DNA of 64,000 bases from an uncultured Planctomycetales bacterium. GTDB lineage: Bacteria > Omnitrophota > Gorgyraeia > Zapsychrales > Fredricksoniimonadaceae. This document shows positions 9,453 to 17,672 of this stretch, piece after piece. Position numbers and translations under genes: made by a program. Location of the stretch: positions 718,290-782,289 of the forward strand of contig CAZNDZ010000001.1 of the NCBI GenBank assembly GCA_964572155.1, written 5' to 3'. The notes under the pieces were generated by a model, which searched no databases, was not told where the DNA came from, and worked only from the letters and a program-made list of their open reading frames with translations. Each line of letters starts with the position of its first letter. Within the stretch, counting starts at the first letter, position 1.

Positions 9453-10543
9453 GAGACTCCCGCGTTGCTTTAACGATTGTGACTATGATGCTCATTTGTG
9501 TTGGTATCGTGATGATATATTCCGCTAGCTGTGTCAATGCGATGGAAATATACAAAGACAGCATGTATTACCTTAAACGTCATTTGATATTCTTAGTCAT
9601 GGGATTGATAACAGCGTACGTTGTCATGTCCGTTGATTATCACCGCATCAAACCACATGCACGTACGATTTTGATGGTCAGCATTGTTTTATTAGCGTTG
9701 GTATTGATCCCACATATTGGTAAAGAAAGCTATGGTGCGAGACGCTGGTTTAAATTGGGGGCATTCCATTTTCAACCTTCAGAGTTAGCAAAACTTGCCA
9801 TGATTGTTTTTACGGCAGATTTTCTTGCACGTAAGCAAGAAATGATAAAAAATTTTTGGCGGGGGTTTATGCCAGTCCTTATTGTGATGGGCATTGTTTG
9901 TGCATTGACCGTTAAGCAGCCAGATCTTGGTACAACTGTTGAAACAGCATTTGTCGTTCTAGTAATGTTGTTCATCGCTGGTGCACGCAAACGTCATATG
10001 GCCATCATTGGTTTAGGGGGCATAGTTTTAGTGACATATTTAATCATCAAAGAACCGTATCGCATGGCGCGTATCATTGCGTTTTTAGACCCTTGGCAAG
10101 ATAGTCGAGGCATTGGTTTTCAATTAACCCAATCTCAGATTGCCTTGGGTTCCGGCGGTGTTTTTGGTGTAGGACTTGGACATAGCCAACAGAAGTTGTT
10201 TTATTTGCCCGCAGCGCATACGGATTTTATTTTATCGATCATTGGTGAAGAAATGGGGATGATTGGGGCATTTGCGGTGATTGGATTATTTGTAATGTTC
10301 ATCTGGTACGGCACACGCATTATCCGCCAGACGCATGATGCCTTTGGGTATTTCTTAGCAATTGGTATTGTCACCATGTTGGGGTTACAAGCCATGGTTA
10401 ATATTGGTGTTTCTATAGGCGCATTTCCAACCAAAGGTTTGCCGTTGCCTTTTATTAGCTATGGTGGTTCTGCGTTAATCTTCCATCTCATGGCTATTGG
10501 CATCTTGCTCAATGTTTCTAAGTCCGGAGACTATAAGATATGA
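9449..10543 (+). CDS. ftsW: SEDS-family peptidoglycan glycosyltransferase FtsW.
   Basis: It is a 10-TM SEDS protein (FtsW/RodA family) between murD and murG. Confidence 0.85.
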   Translation: MRDSRVALTIVTMMLICVGIVMIYSASCVNAMEIYKDSMYYLKRHLIFLVMGLITAYVVMSVDYHRIKPHARTILMVSIVLLALVLIPHIGKESYGARRWFKLGAFHFQPSELAKLAMIVFTADFLARKQEMIKNFWRGFMPVLIVMGIVCALTVKQPDLGTTVETAFVVLVMLFIAGARKRHMAIIGLGGIVLVTYLIIKEPYRMARIIAFLDPWQDSRGIGFQLTQSQIALGSGGVFGVGLGHSQQKLFYLPAAHTDFILSIIGEEMGMIGAFAVIGLFVMFIWYGTRIIRQTHDAFGYFLAIGIVTMLGLQAMVNIGVSIGAFPTKGLPLPFISYGGSALIFHLMAIGILLNVSKSGDYKI

Positions 10544-11607
10544 AGGTGTTAATTTCAACTGGGGGCAGCGGAGGGCATATCTTTCCCGCGTTGCAAACAG
10601 GGCTGGAATTAAAACGCCGTGGGCATGATGTTGTTTTTGCGGGTGCATTGGCCATGAGTTTAGATAAGATCCGTTCTCTTGGTTTTGAAGCCAATGTTAT
10701 TGATACACAAGGTTTAACCGATAAATCCCCCATGGGCCTCATGCGTTTTACATCAAAGACATTGTCTGCTTTAGTTCAAGCATCTAAAGGCATTGATCAA
10801 ATTAAACCCGATAAAGTCATTGGCTTTGGTGGTTATGGGTCATTTCCCATCATCATGGCTGCGTGCCTTAAGCGGTATCCGACGATGATACACGAACAAA
10901 ATGTTATCCCTGGAAAAGCCAATAAGATTTTAGCTAAATGCGTGAAGCGTGTTGCTGTTGCGTTTAAACAATCCATGCCTGTGTTTGGAGCGAAGTCCAT
11001 TTGGACAGGTTGTCCTTGCAATAACCAAGCGTTGACGACGTCGACGAAAGATATCAGATCGCGCTTAGGACTAAAGCCAGATTCAAAAGTTGTGGTGCTT
11101 TTAGGTGGGAGTCAGGGCAGTAAGTTTTTAAATGAGGCATTCTTTGAGGCTATGAAGACCTTGCTCAAAGAAGGAAATATAGAAGCTGTCCATGTGACGG
11201 GTAAAAATGAATGCGCTGTGTATCAAGAAAAATACAAGGCAGAACATTTGCCCGCGGTAGTATCAAGTTTTATTAGCCCCATCGAAGACATTTATGCAAT
11301 AGCCGATGTGATTGTCAGTCGATCTGGCGCCGCAACCGTGAGTGAATTGGGTTTCTATGGCGCGCCAAGTATTTTGGTGCCGTATCCTTTTGCACATGGT
11401 CATCAAGAACACAATGCACATGTTTTAGTGCAGGCGGGTAGCGCTGTTTTAATTAAACAAAAAGATTTAACCCATGAAGCTTTGCTTGATGCTATGCGTG
11501 CATATCTCAATGTCCCTGTATCCAAAGAAAACTTTCGTCGACAAAATGCGCCATTTTTTGTGAGTGATTCTGTTGTAAAGCTTGCAGATGCATTGGAGGC
11601 ATTATGA
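10540..11607 (+). CDS. murG: UDP-GlcNAc:lipid I GlcNAc transferase MurG.
   Basis: The N-terminal motif GGSGGHIFPAL and the C-terminal GT28 domain are present. Confidence 0.88.
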   Translation: MKVLISTGGSGGHIFPALQTGLELKRRGHDVVFAGALAMSLDKIRSLGFEANVIDTQGLTDKSPMGLMRFTSKTLSALVQASKGIDQIKPDKVIGFGGYGSFPIIMAACLKRYPTMIHEQNVIPGKANKILAKCVKRVAVAFKQSMPVFGAKSIWTGCPCNNQALTTSTKDIRSRLGLKPDSKVVVLLGGSQGSKFLNEAFFEAMKTLLKEGNIEAVHVTGKNECAVYQEKYKAEHLPAVVSSFISPIEDIYAIADVIVSRSGAATVSELGFYGAPSILVPYPFAHGHQEHNAHVLVQAGSAVLIKQKDLTHEALLDAMRAYLNVPVSKENFRRQNAPFFVSDSVVKLADALEAL

Positions 11608-12383
11608 AATATTTAATCTGTATTCTCTTTTTTTTGATGCTGTGGGTCAGTCCATGTTTTGCTGATAAAGAATGGAAGGAATACAAGACAGATAATTTTA
11701 AGATTTATGCGCGTCATGTGAACGAAGATTTTACAAATACTGTCATGATGGAGGCGCAAGAGACTCTAGAAACTGTTTTAGAGAATTTTGGTATTCGAAA
11801 GTCCCAAGTCTGGTCAAAAAAGAATCCAGTGTCGATTTATATTTATGAAAATGAGGAAGATTATGTGAAGAATGGTCAGCAGGCAGGCTGGTCACATGGC
11901 GCCGCGTTAATACAGTCTCGTTCTATTCGTACTTATCCTTCTGCTAGTGGTTTTTTTGACAGCATTTTGCCTCATGAATTGGGACATATTGTTTTACATG
12001 AGTATCTTGGGATACATGTCCCAGTGCCTTTGTGGTTTGATGAAGGGGTAGCCATGTATCAAGAAAAAGCCCGTCAATTAGGTGGGCATAAGGCGGCCGC
12101 CGAGGCTATTAAAAATGGCAAATTTATTCCTTTAACTGAATTGACGAATATGAGATTATATTCCGACACAGATCAGGAGACAGTTCGTTTGTTTTATGTC
12201 GAGTCTGCCAGTGTTGTAAATTTCATGATCACACAGTTGGGTGATTTTCACTTTCGAAAATTATGCCGTTTATTAAAAGAACATCGTAGTTTTCATAATG
12301 CCTTAACAGAGGCATATCCACGTATAAAGAATTTAGAAGACCTAAACAAACAATGGGTAAGGTATTTAACGGAAAATGACTAA
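11604..12383 (+). CDS. Secreted putative zinc metallopeptidase (HExxH, MA-clan-like) inserted between murG and murC.
   Basis: It has a signal peptide, MKYLICILFFLMLWVSPCFA. The motif HELGHIVLHE is an HExxH, and a candidate third ligand sits in FDEGVAMYQE. No match to any core dcw protein. Confidence 0.5.
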   Translation: MKYLICILFFLMLWVSPCFADKEWKEYKTDNFKIYARHVNEDFTNTVMMEAQETLETVLENFGIRKSQVWSKKNPVSIYIYENEEDYVKNGQQAGWSHGAALIQSRSIRTYPSASGFFDSILPHELGHIVLHEYLGIHVPVPLWFDEGVAMYQEKARQLGGHKAAAEAIKNGKFIPLTELTNMRLYSDTDQETVRLFYVESASVVNFMITQLGDFHFRKLCRLLKEHRSFHNALTEAYPRIKNLEDLNKQWVRYLTEND

Positions 12384-13740
12384 ACATTATCATTTGATTG
12401 GTATCGGCGGGATCGGCATGGGCACCATCGCATCCCTTTTATTATCTCAAGGTCAAAAGGTTAGCGGTTCAGATCTTAAAGATAATGATTTGATTGCACG
12501 TTTGCGTAAAGAAGGCGCTGTGATTTCGATTGGTCATGATGCCAGCAACGTTAAGAAGCCGGACGTGGTTGTCTATTCTTCCGCGGTGCGCATGAATAAT
12601 CCTGAGATGATTGAAGCAGAGAGTAAAAATATTCCTGTATTGCGTCGTGCAAAAGTTTTAGCAGAATTGGTTAATGAGAAAAAAGGCATCACCGTTGCAG
12701 GTGCGCATGGTAAGACCACCACAACATCCATGATTAGCTCCATCCTAATTGCTGCCAATTTAAATCCCACGACGGCTGTCGGGGGTATCTGTGCGCATCA
12801 TGCGAACTTAGGTGGCGGGGAACACTTTGTTGCTGAAGCAGATGAGAGTGATGGCACATTCTTATTTTTTAAACCACATATTTCTGTCATTACCAACATT
12901 GATTTTGAACATGTTGACCACTATAAGAATTGGGAAGGTATTTTAGCAGCCTATACACAATTTATTGGATGCACTGTTAAAGGTGGCGTTGTGATCGCCT
13001 GCGGGGAAGATGGCAGGTTGTCTTCCATCTTAGATAAAGCTGCTGTGCGCAATATACGTTATGGATTAAATCCCAATCTAGATGTGTATGCTACCAATGT
13101 AACCACCCAAGGTTTTCAGACGTCGTTTGATGTTTATTTTAATAGAAAAGCACTTGGTACGTTTAAATTAGGTGTTCCAGGGGCACATAATGTGTTAAAT
13201 GCCTTGGCTGCGATTGCTGTTGGTTTGGAATTAAATATCCCAGTTGACACCATGCAACGTGCACTATTAGCGTTTCATGGTGTGAAGCGTCGTTTTCAAC
13301 TTAAAGGGGAAGTCGACGGGATCATGGTTGTCGATGATTATGGGCATCATCCCGCGGAGATGGTGGCGACGATCAAAGCAGCCAGAAGTTTTGAACCAAA
13401 ACGCTTGGTCGTGGCTTTTCAACCACATCGCTATTCTCGTACAAAATTTCTTTTGAATGAATTTGTCGACGCCCTAAAGTTGGCGGATGAAGTTGTCATA
13501 ACCGATATTTATGCCGCCAGTGAGAAAGTCACAGAGGGTGTATCGACAGAAGTATTGTTTAAGAAAGTTCAAGAGCAATTAGGGCAACGCGTGATTTACT
13601 TAAAAAAAGATCATATCGTCGAGTTTTTGGCACAAAATACAAAGTCTGGTGACTTGGCATTATTTTTAGGTGCAGGCGATATTTATCAATTATCAGATAT
13701 GTTGGTTGCAAGATTACAGACAAAGAAAGTGGGCGTATGA
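12376..13740 (+). CDS. murC: UDP-MurNAc:L-alanine ligase MurC.
   Basis: It carries the motif VAGAHGKTTTTSM and has the MurC domain order. Confidence 0.88.
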   Translation: MTKHYHLIGIGGIGMGTIASLLLSQGQKVSGSDLKDNDLIARLRKEGAVISIGHDASNVKKPDVVVYSSAVRMNNPEMIEAESKNIPVLRRAKVLAELVNEKKGITVAGAHGKTTTTSMISSILIAANLNPTTAVGGICAHHANLGGGEHFVAEADESDGTFLFFKPHISVITNIDFEHVDHYKNWEGILAAYTQFIGCTVKGGVVIACGEDGRLSSILDKAAVRNIRYGLNPNLDVYATNVTTQGFQTSFDVYFNRKALGTFKLGVPGAHNVLNALAAIAVGLELNIPVDTMQRALLAFHGVKRRFQLKGEVDGIMVVDDYGHHPAEMVATIKAARSFEPKRLVVAFQPHRYSRTKFLLNEFVDALKLADEVVITDIYAASEKVTEGVSTEVLFKKVQEQLGQRVIYLKKDHIVEFLAQNTKSGDLALFLGAGDIYQLSDMLVARLQTKKVGV

Positions 13741-14690
13741 GCAGCGTTTCCGATTTTGGTAATATAGGTGTGCTGATGGGTGGATATTCTTCGGAACGCC
13801 AGATTTCATTAAAGTCAGGTCAAGGGGTTATTGATGCCTTAACACAAGCAGGTTACCCTGTAACACCCATTGACATCGTTGTTTCAGATAAGCATAAGAT
13901 CAAAGAACAGATTGCCGCTGCTCAAATTGACATTGCCTTTATTGCGTTGCATGGGCGTCTAGGGGAAGATGGCGAGATTCAAACCATTTTAGAAGAAATG
14001 GATATTCCCTATACAGGTTCTGGTGTTGATGCCAGTCAAAAAGCGTTTAATAAAACAGTTGCCCAGAAAATTTTTAAATCACATAATTTGCCAGTTCCAG
14101 AACATTTTTGTATCACCGACGGTCAACGTAAAGATTTTAAAGAAGCTTTTGCTGTCTTAAAAAAGTTACCCTTCGTGGTTAAAGCAGCATGTGAGGGATC
14201 AAGCATCGGTATTTTTATGGTGCGTCATCCATCACAATGGGACAGCACCATCAAAGATGCCTTAAATTTCGGACCATACTTGATCATTGAAAAATATATC
14301 AAGGGTCGTGAAATCACGGCGGGTATTTTCGAAAACGAAGCTTTGCCTTTGGTTGAAATACGCACCAAAACAGGCATGTTTGATTTTAATTCGAAATATC
14401 AAAAAGGATTAACGCAATACGATGTGCCAGCTGTTTTAAGTGAGACAGTCGCAACGCGCATTAAGAAGATTGCATTAGCAGCGCATGAAGCCATTGGCTG
14501 TGAAGGTTTTTCACGCGTGGATGTCCGTTTAGATGAAAAAGATAATCCATATATTCTAGAAATCAATACGATCCCAGGGTTTACACCAACGAGCTTGTTT
14601 CCAAAAGCTGCGGCGGTGGCGGGGTATAGTTTCCTTGATGTATGTACAAAATTGCTGACAATAGCCCATGGTAAAAAAGCCAAACATTAA
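13737..14690 (+). CDS. ddl: D-alanine--D-alanine ligase.
   Basis: It shows an ATP-grasp architecture. Supporting stretches are FIALHGRLGEDGEIQ and PYILEINTIPGFT. Confidence 0.88.
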   Translation: MSSVSDFGNIGVLMGGYSSERQISLKSGQGVIDALTQAGYPVTPIDIVVSDKHKIKEQIAAAQIDIAFIALHGRLGEDGEIQTILEEMDIPYTGSGVDASQKAFNKTVAQKIFKSHNLPVPEHFCITDGQRKDFKEAFAVLKKLPFVVKAACEGSSIGIFMVRHPSQWDSTIKDALNFGPYLIIEKYIKGREITAGIFENEALPLVEIRTKTGMFDFNSKYQKGLTQYDVPAVLSETVATRIKKIALAAHEAIGCEGFSRVDVRLDEKDNPYILEINTIPGFTPTSLFPKAAAVAGYSFLDVCTKLLTIAHGKKAKH

Positions 14691-15426
14691 TATCCCTGCC
14701 ATTGCAATCATTCGCGTGATTGTATTCTTATTCATCGGTTTAGTTGCTTTTGTCGGCTATACAAAAGCCCAAGACTTAGTGCTACGCAATGATTTATTTG
14801 CCGTACATGATGTCTATGTCGAGCGTTCGATTGAGTTTATCGATAAGAAGCAGTTGATCGATTTAAAGGGTAGAAATATTTTTACCGTTGATCTAGTTAA
14901 GATGCACCGACGTATTAAGAGTCAATACCCTCAGATTTCACAGTTACACATCGTTAAAGAATTACCCGACCACATCAAAATACTTGCCAAGAAACGCGAT
15001 CCCGCTTTTGCCTATGTTTTAAAGGGAAAATATCTCTTGGTTGATCGTGAAGGTGTGGCGATGTATTATGTAGATAAACAAGGTGATTTGCCAAGCGTCT
15101 TTGGTCCAGTAGGATCAAGTATGAAAGTTGTGTTGGGTACAACGATTGCCAATGATGCCATCAACGATGCCTTAAAAATCATCAATGCGTTTAAGGCTCG
15201 TCAGCAAATTTCTCGTTTGAAGATCGTTAGCCTTGATTTAAGCAATGTGTCACGCTATACAATTGTCTGTGTGGGTGGTTTTAAGGTGCTCTTAGATAAA
15301 GAAAAGTATTCTGAAAAATTAAACATGTTAGAAATGATGTTGGCACAACGCAAAATTGATTTTAATACCGCGAAGTATGTTGATTTAAGATTTAATGAAC
15401 CTGTTTTAGGGGAGAATGCTCCATGA
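14668..15426 (+). CDS. ftsQ: Cell division protein FtsQ/DivIB-like (POTRA plus beta domain).
   Basis: It is a bitopic protein with one TM helix (IIRVIVFLFIGLVAFVGY). Its size and its position before ftsA fit FtsQ. Confidence 0.65.
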   Translation: MVKKPNINIPAIAIIRVIVFLFIGLVAFVGYTKAQDLVLRNDLFAVHDVYVERSIEFIDKKQLIDLKGRNIFTVDLVKMHRRIKSQYPQISQLHIVKELPDHIKILAKKRDPAFAYVLKGKYLLVDREGVAMYYVDKQGDLPSVFGPVGSSMKVVLGTTIANDAINDALKIINAFKARQQISRLKIVSLDLSNVSRYTIVCVGGFKVLLDKEKYSEKLNMLEMMLAQRKIDFNTAKYVDLRFNEPVLGENAP

Positions 15427-16652
15427 TGTTTAAGAAAGTAACTAAACTCAAATATTTTTGCGGTGTGGATATTGGTGTCTCGTGCGTCAAGGCGGCCTTG
15501 GTTAAGGTGCAAGATGAGAAAAATTTAGATCTATTGGGTGTGGCTGAGATACCATCGTCGGGTTTCAAGGATGCGTCGGTGAGCGACTTAACTGAATTAG
15601 CCGAATGCATCACCCGTGCCGTTAAAACGGTAGCGTCGAAGAATAATGTTAATATTTCAACCATACATTTAGGGATGAGTGCAGAATATTTAACCGTGCG
15701 CCATTCATCCGCAGTTGTGCCCTTGATCGATACAGGCAGTAAGGTCATCAGCCGTGCTGATATTAAGAAAGTGGATAATCAAGCCCGATTACTTGGCACT
15801 GCCTTAGAAGAAGAAATTGTTCACGATTTCCCTCAAAGTTATAAGGTTGATGATGTCAATGTGGCAACCAATCCTTTAGGTCTATATGGCCGCAAGATTG
15901 AATCAAATTTATTATTGCTCCTGGTTAATGCCAATCGTATGCGCAATTTGATCAAAGCCGTGCATCAGGCAGGGTTCGAAGTCAGTGATGTGTCATTAAG
16001 TTCATACGCTGCATCCTTGGTTTCCGTCGAGGAAACATTGCGTAATCAAGGTTGTGTTTTAGTCGACATTGGATCAAATACCACGACGGCCTTATTCTTT
16101 AAAAATGGCATTCTAGGAGATATTCAATCCATCCCTTGGGGCGGGAATTATTTAACCCAAAGCTTAGCGGAACGTTTAGGGTTGGCTGCTGATTTAGCGG
16201 AAGATATCAAAAAGGTTCATGCTGTTGCCTCTGCCAATGCGGCCAAAGAAGAGGGTGAGATTTTGATCAAACGCGAACGTGGCTTCTTACCCATTCGCAA
16301 AGAAAAAGTTTGTGAAGCAGTTAATTGGGAAGTTGAAAATTTGCTAACACATTTGGAAGCCGTGATCAAAGGTTCGCCGCTATTTTATGAAATTAACAGC
16401 GGGGTGGTGATGATCGGTGGCGGTGCTTTAATGCCAGGCTTAATGGAACGTGTTGAAAATAGATTAAAGATGCCTGTGAGTTTGGGGAATACCAAGGGCT
16501 TAAATCATGCCGCACTTTTTGCTGGCGCCATTGGTCTAGCTCAAATGAGTTATTATAAGAATAAGAAGGAAGCGTTGGATTTGCGCATGCCTGTTGATAT
16601 GAAGAATAAAGTCTTCGAGCGTGTTAAAGAATTGTGTCAGGAATATTTTTAA
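15423..16652 (+). CDS. ftsA: Cell division protein FtsA (actin-like ATPase).
   Basis: The N-terminal actin-fold motif CGVDIGVSCVKAALV and a later GGGA motif, MIGGGALMPGL, are present. It is 409 aa. Confidence 0.85.
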   Translation: MMFKKVTKLKYFCGVDIGVSCVKAALVKVQDEKNLDLLGVAEIPSSGFKDASVSDLTELAECITRAVKTVASKNNVNISTIHLGMSAEYLTVRHSSAVVPLIDTGSKVISRADIKKVDNQARLLGTALEEEIVHDFPQSYKVDDVNVATNPLGLYGRKIESNLLLLLVNANRMRNLIKAVHQAGFEVSDVSLSSYAASLVSVEETLRNQGCVLVDIGSNTTTALFFKNGILGDIQSIPWGGNYLTQSLAERLGLAADLAEDIKKVHAVASANAAKEEGEILIKRERGFLPIRKEKVCEAVNWEVENLLTHLEAVIKGSPLFYEINSGVVMIGGGALMPGLMERVENRLKMPVSLGNTKGLNHAALFAGAIGLAQMSYYKNKKEALDLRMPVDMKNKVFERVKELCQEYF

Positions 16653-17020
16653 GAATCGTTGTTCTTGCGGTCGTTGCGTCGTTTGCCTAAATTAAAGTCG
16701 ATGTTTTTAAGCAAAGAACGTAAACGCAGTAAGCTGCTAAAGATATAGAGCATCCAGAAAGAATTAAATAATAGCAGGATAACGATGAGCAGGGTGTTGA
16801 TTGTTTGGGTGAACATGAGGCGTTCGATGATGGTGCCTTCACCACTCATGTGATGCATGTCCGCATTGACGTCAATAATTTTCAAGGTGTTGACGAAAAC
16901 AGCGACGAAGATGCCGACTAAGATGATCTCAAAGAAGAGCATATAGAAATGACGTATGAACCATTGGGAACTGCGATTGTCCCATTGACGTAAGGTATTG
17001 GTAAAGTCATTTAATCCCAT
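16649..17020 (-). CDS. Small integral membrane protein of unknown function, convergent with ftsA.
   Basis: It has three hydrophobic helices. I chose the start at minus-strand ATG 17018-17020, which is preceded by AGGAGA. The longer form to 17176 would overlap the neighbouring lipoprotein gene. Confidence 0.45.
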   Translation of the reverse strand: MGLNDFTNTLRQWDNRSSQWFIRHFYMLFFEIILVGIFVAVFVNTLKIIDVNADMHHMSGEGTIIERLMFTQTINTLLIVILLLFNSFWMLYIFSSLLRLRSLLKNIDFNLGKRRNDRKNNDS

Positions 17021-17072
17021 AGCATCTCCTAATCGTTGATTGTATATTAGCTTAAGAATGGAGATAAGCGAA

Positions 17073-17573
17073 ATGAATATCAAATTTTTTGTTTGTGCAT
17101 GCATGCTAACTGCCTTGACCGCGTGTGCAACACCCATTGCCCAAAAAGGTTCCTTAGGATATTCTGATAAACGCAATATTGTGGTGGTTGGGGAAAATGT
17201 TGAAGAATCAATCGCGGAATATTATCAAAAAAAATATGATGCGCTGGTCTGGTTTACCCCATATCAGGGCAGCGTAGCAAATTTCACAAATAATATCGTA
17301 GAATCAGGCATTGGTCCAAGCAAACCCATGCGATCATTGATTGTTCAGCTAAAGAGCATGAATCAAACCATGGGCCGTTGGCAAGTTTATATCCCAAAGA
17401 TCGCGGAATCATATTTTATCCGCACATTAAAGCATATGGAAAATGGGTCCTTGTCTAAAGCACGCGGATCGGTGATCCTCATTGATTCGAATCATGCCCC
17501 AGAAGTAGAAAAGGAAGTTAATCGTGTCAGCGACGGAAGTTTCTTCGTTGAGTTTGAATCAGGCAAGGAGTAG
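17073..17573 (+). CDS. Lipoprotein of unknown function.
   Basis: The signal MNIKFFVCACMLTALTAC contains a lipobox, L-T-A-C. GGAGA lies 7 nt upstream of the ATG at 17073. Confidence 0.55.
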   Translation: MNIKFFVCACMLTALTACATPIAQKGSLGYSDKRNIVVVGENVEESIAEYYQKKYDALVWFTPYQGSVANFTNNIVESGIGPSKPMRSLIVQLKSMNQTMGRWQVYIPKIAESYFIRTLKHMENGSLSKARGSVILIDSNHAPEVEKEVNRVSDGSFFVEFESGKE

Positions 17574-17577
17574 AAAA

Positions 17578-17651
17578 CGCGCCTCGAGGGACTCGAACCC
17601 CCAACCCTTTGTTCCGAAGACAAATGCTCTATCCAGTTGAGCTAGAGGCGC
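17578..17651 (-). tRNA. tRNA-Arg, anticodon TCG.
   Basis: The reverse complement folds as a cloverleaf. The acceptor stem is GCGCCTC/GAGGCGC. The D-arm is GCTC-AACTGGATA-GAGC. The anticodon stem TTTGT/ACAAA carries the loop CTTCGGA, with anticodon TCG. The T-arm is GGGGG-TTCGAGT-CCCTC. No CCA is encoded. Confidence 0.75.
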
Positions 17652-17667
17652 AATTCAAGGCTATAAT
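17637..17667 (+). promoter_or_regulatory. Possible promoter giving a leaderless transcript for the 17673 gene: TTGAGC-N19-TATAAT.
   Basis: A perfect TATAAT lies at 17662-17667, only 5 nt before the ATG at 17673. There is no room for a Shine-Dalgarno. The -35-like TTGAGC at 17637-17642 overlaps the tRNA on the other strand. Confidence 0.3.
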
Positions 17668-17672
17668 CTATC

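Noticed and set aside
17021-17176. Longer 175-aa version of the minus-strand membrane protein, 16649..17176
   Set aside because: It would overlap the start of the + strand lipoprotein gene. The internal ATG at 17018-17020 has a strong AGGAGA Shine-Dalgarno.
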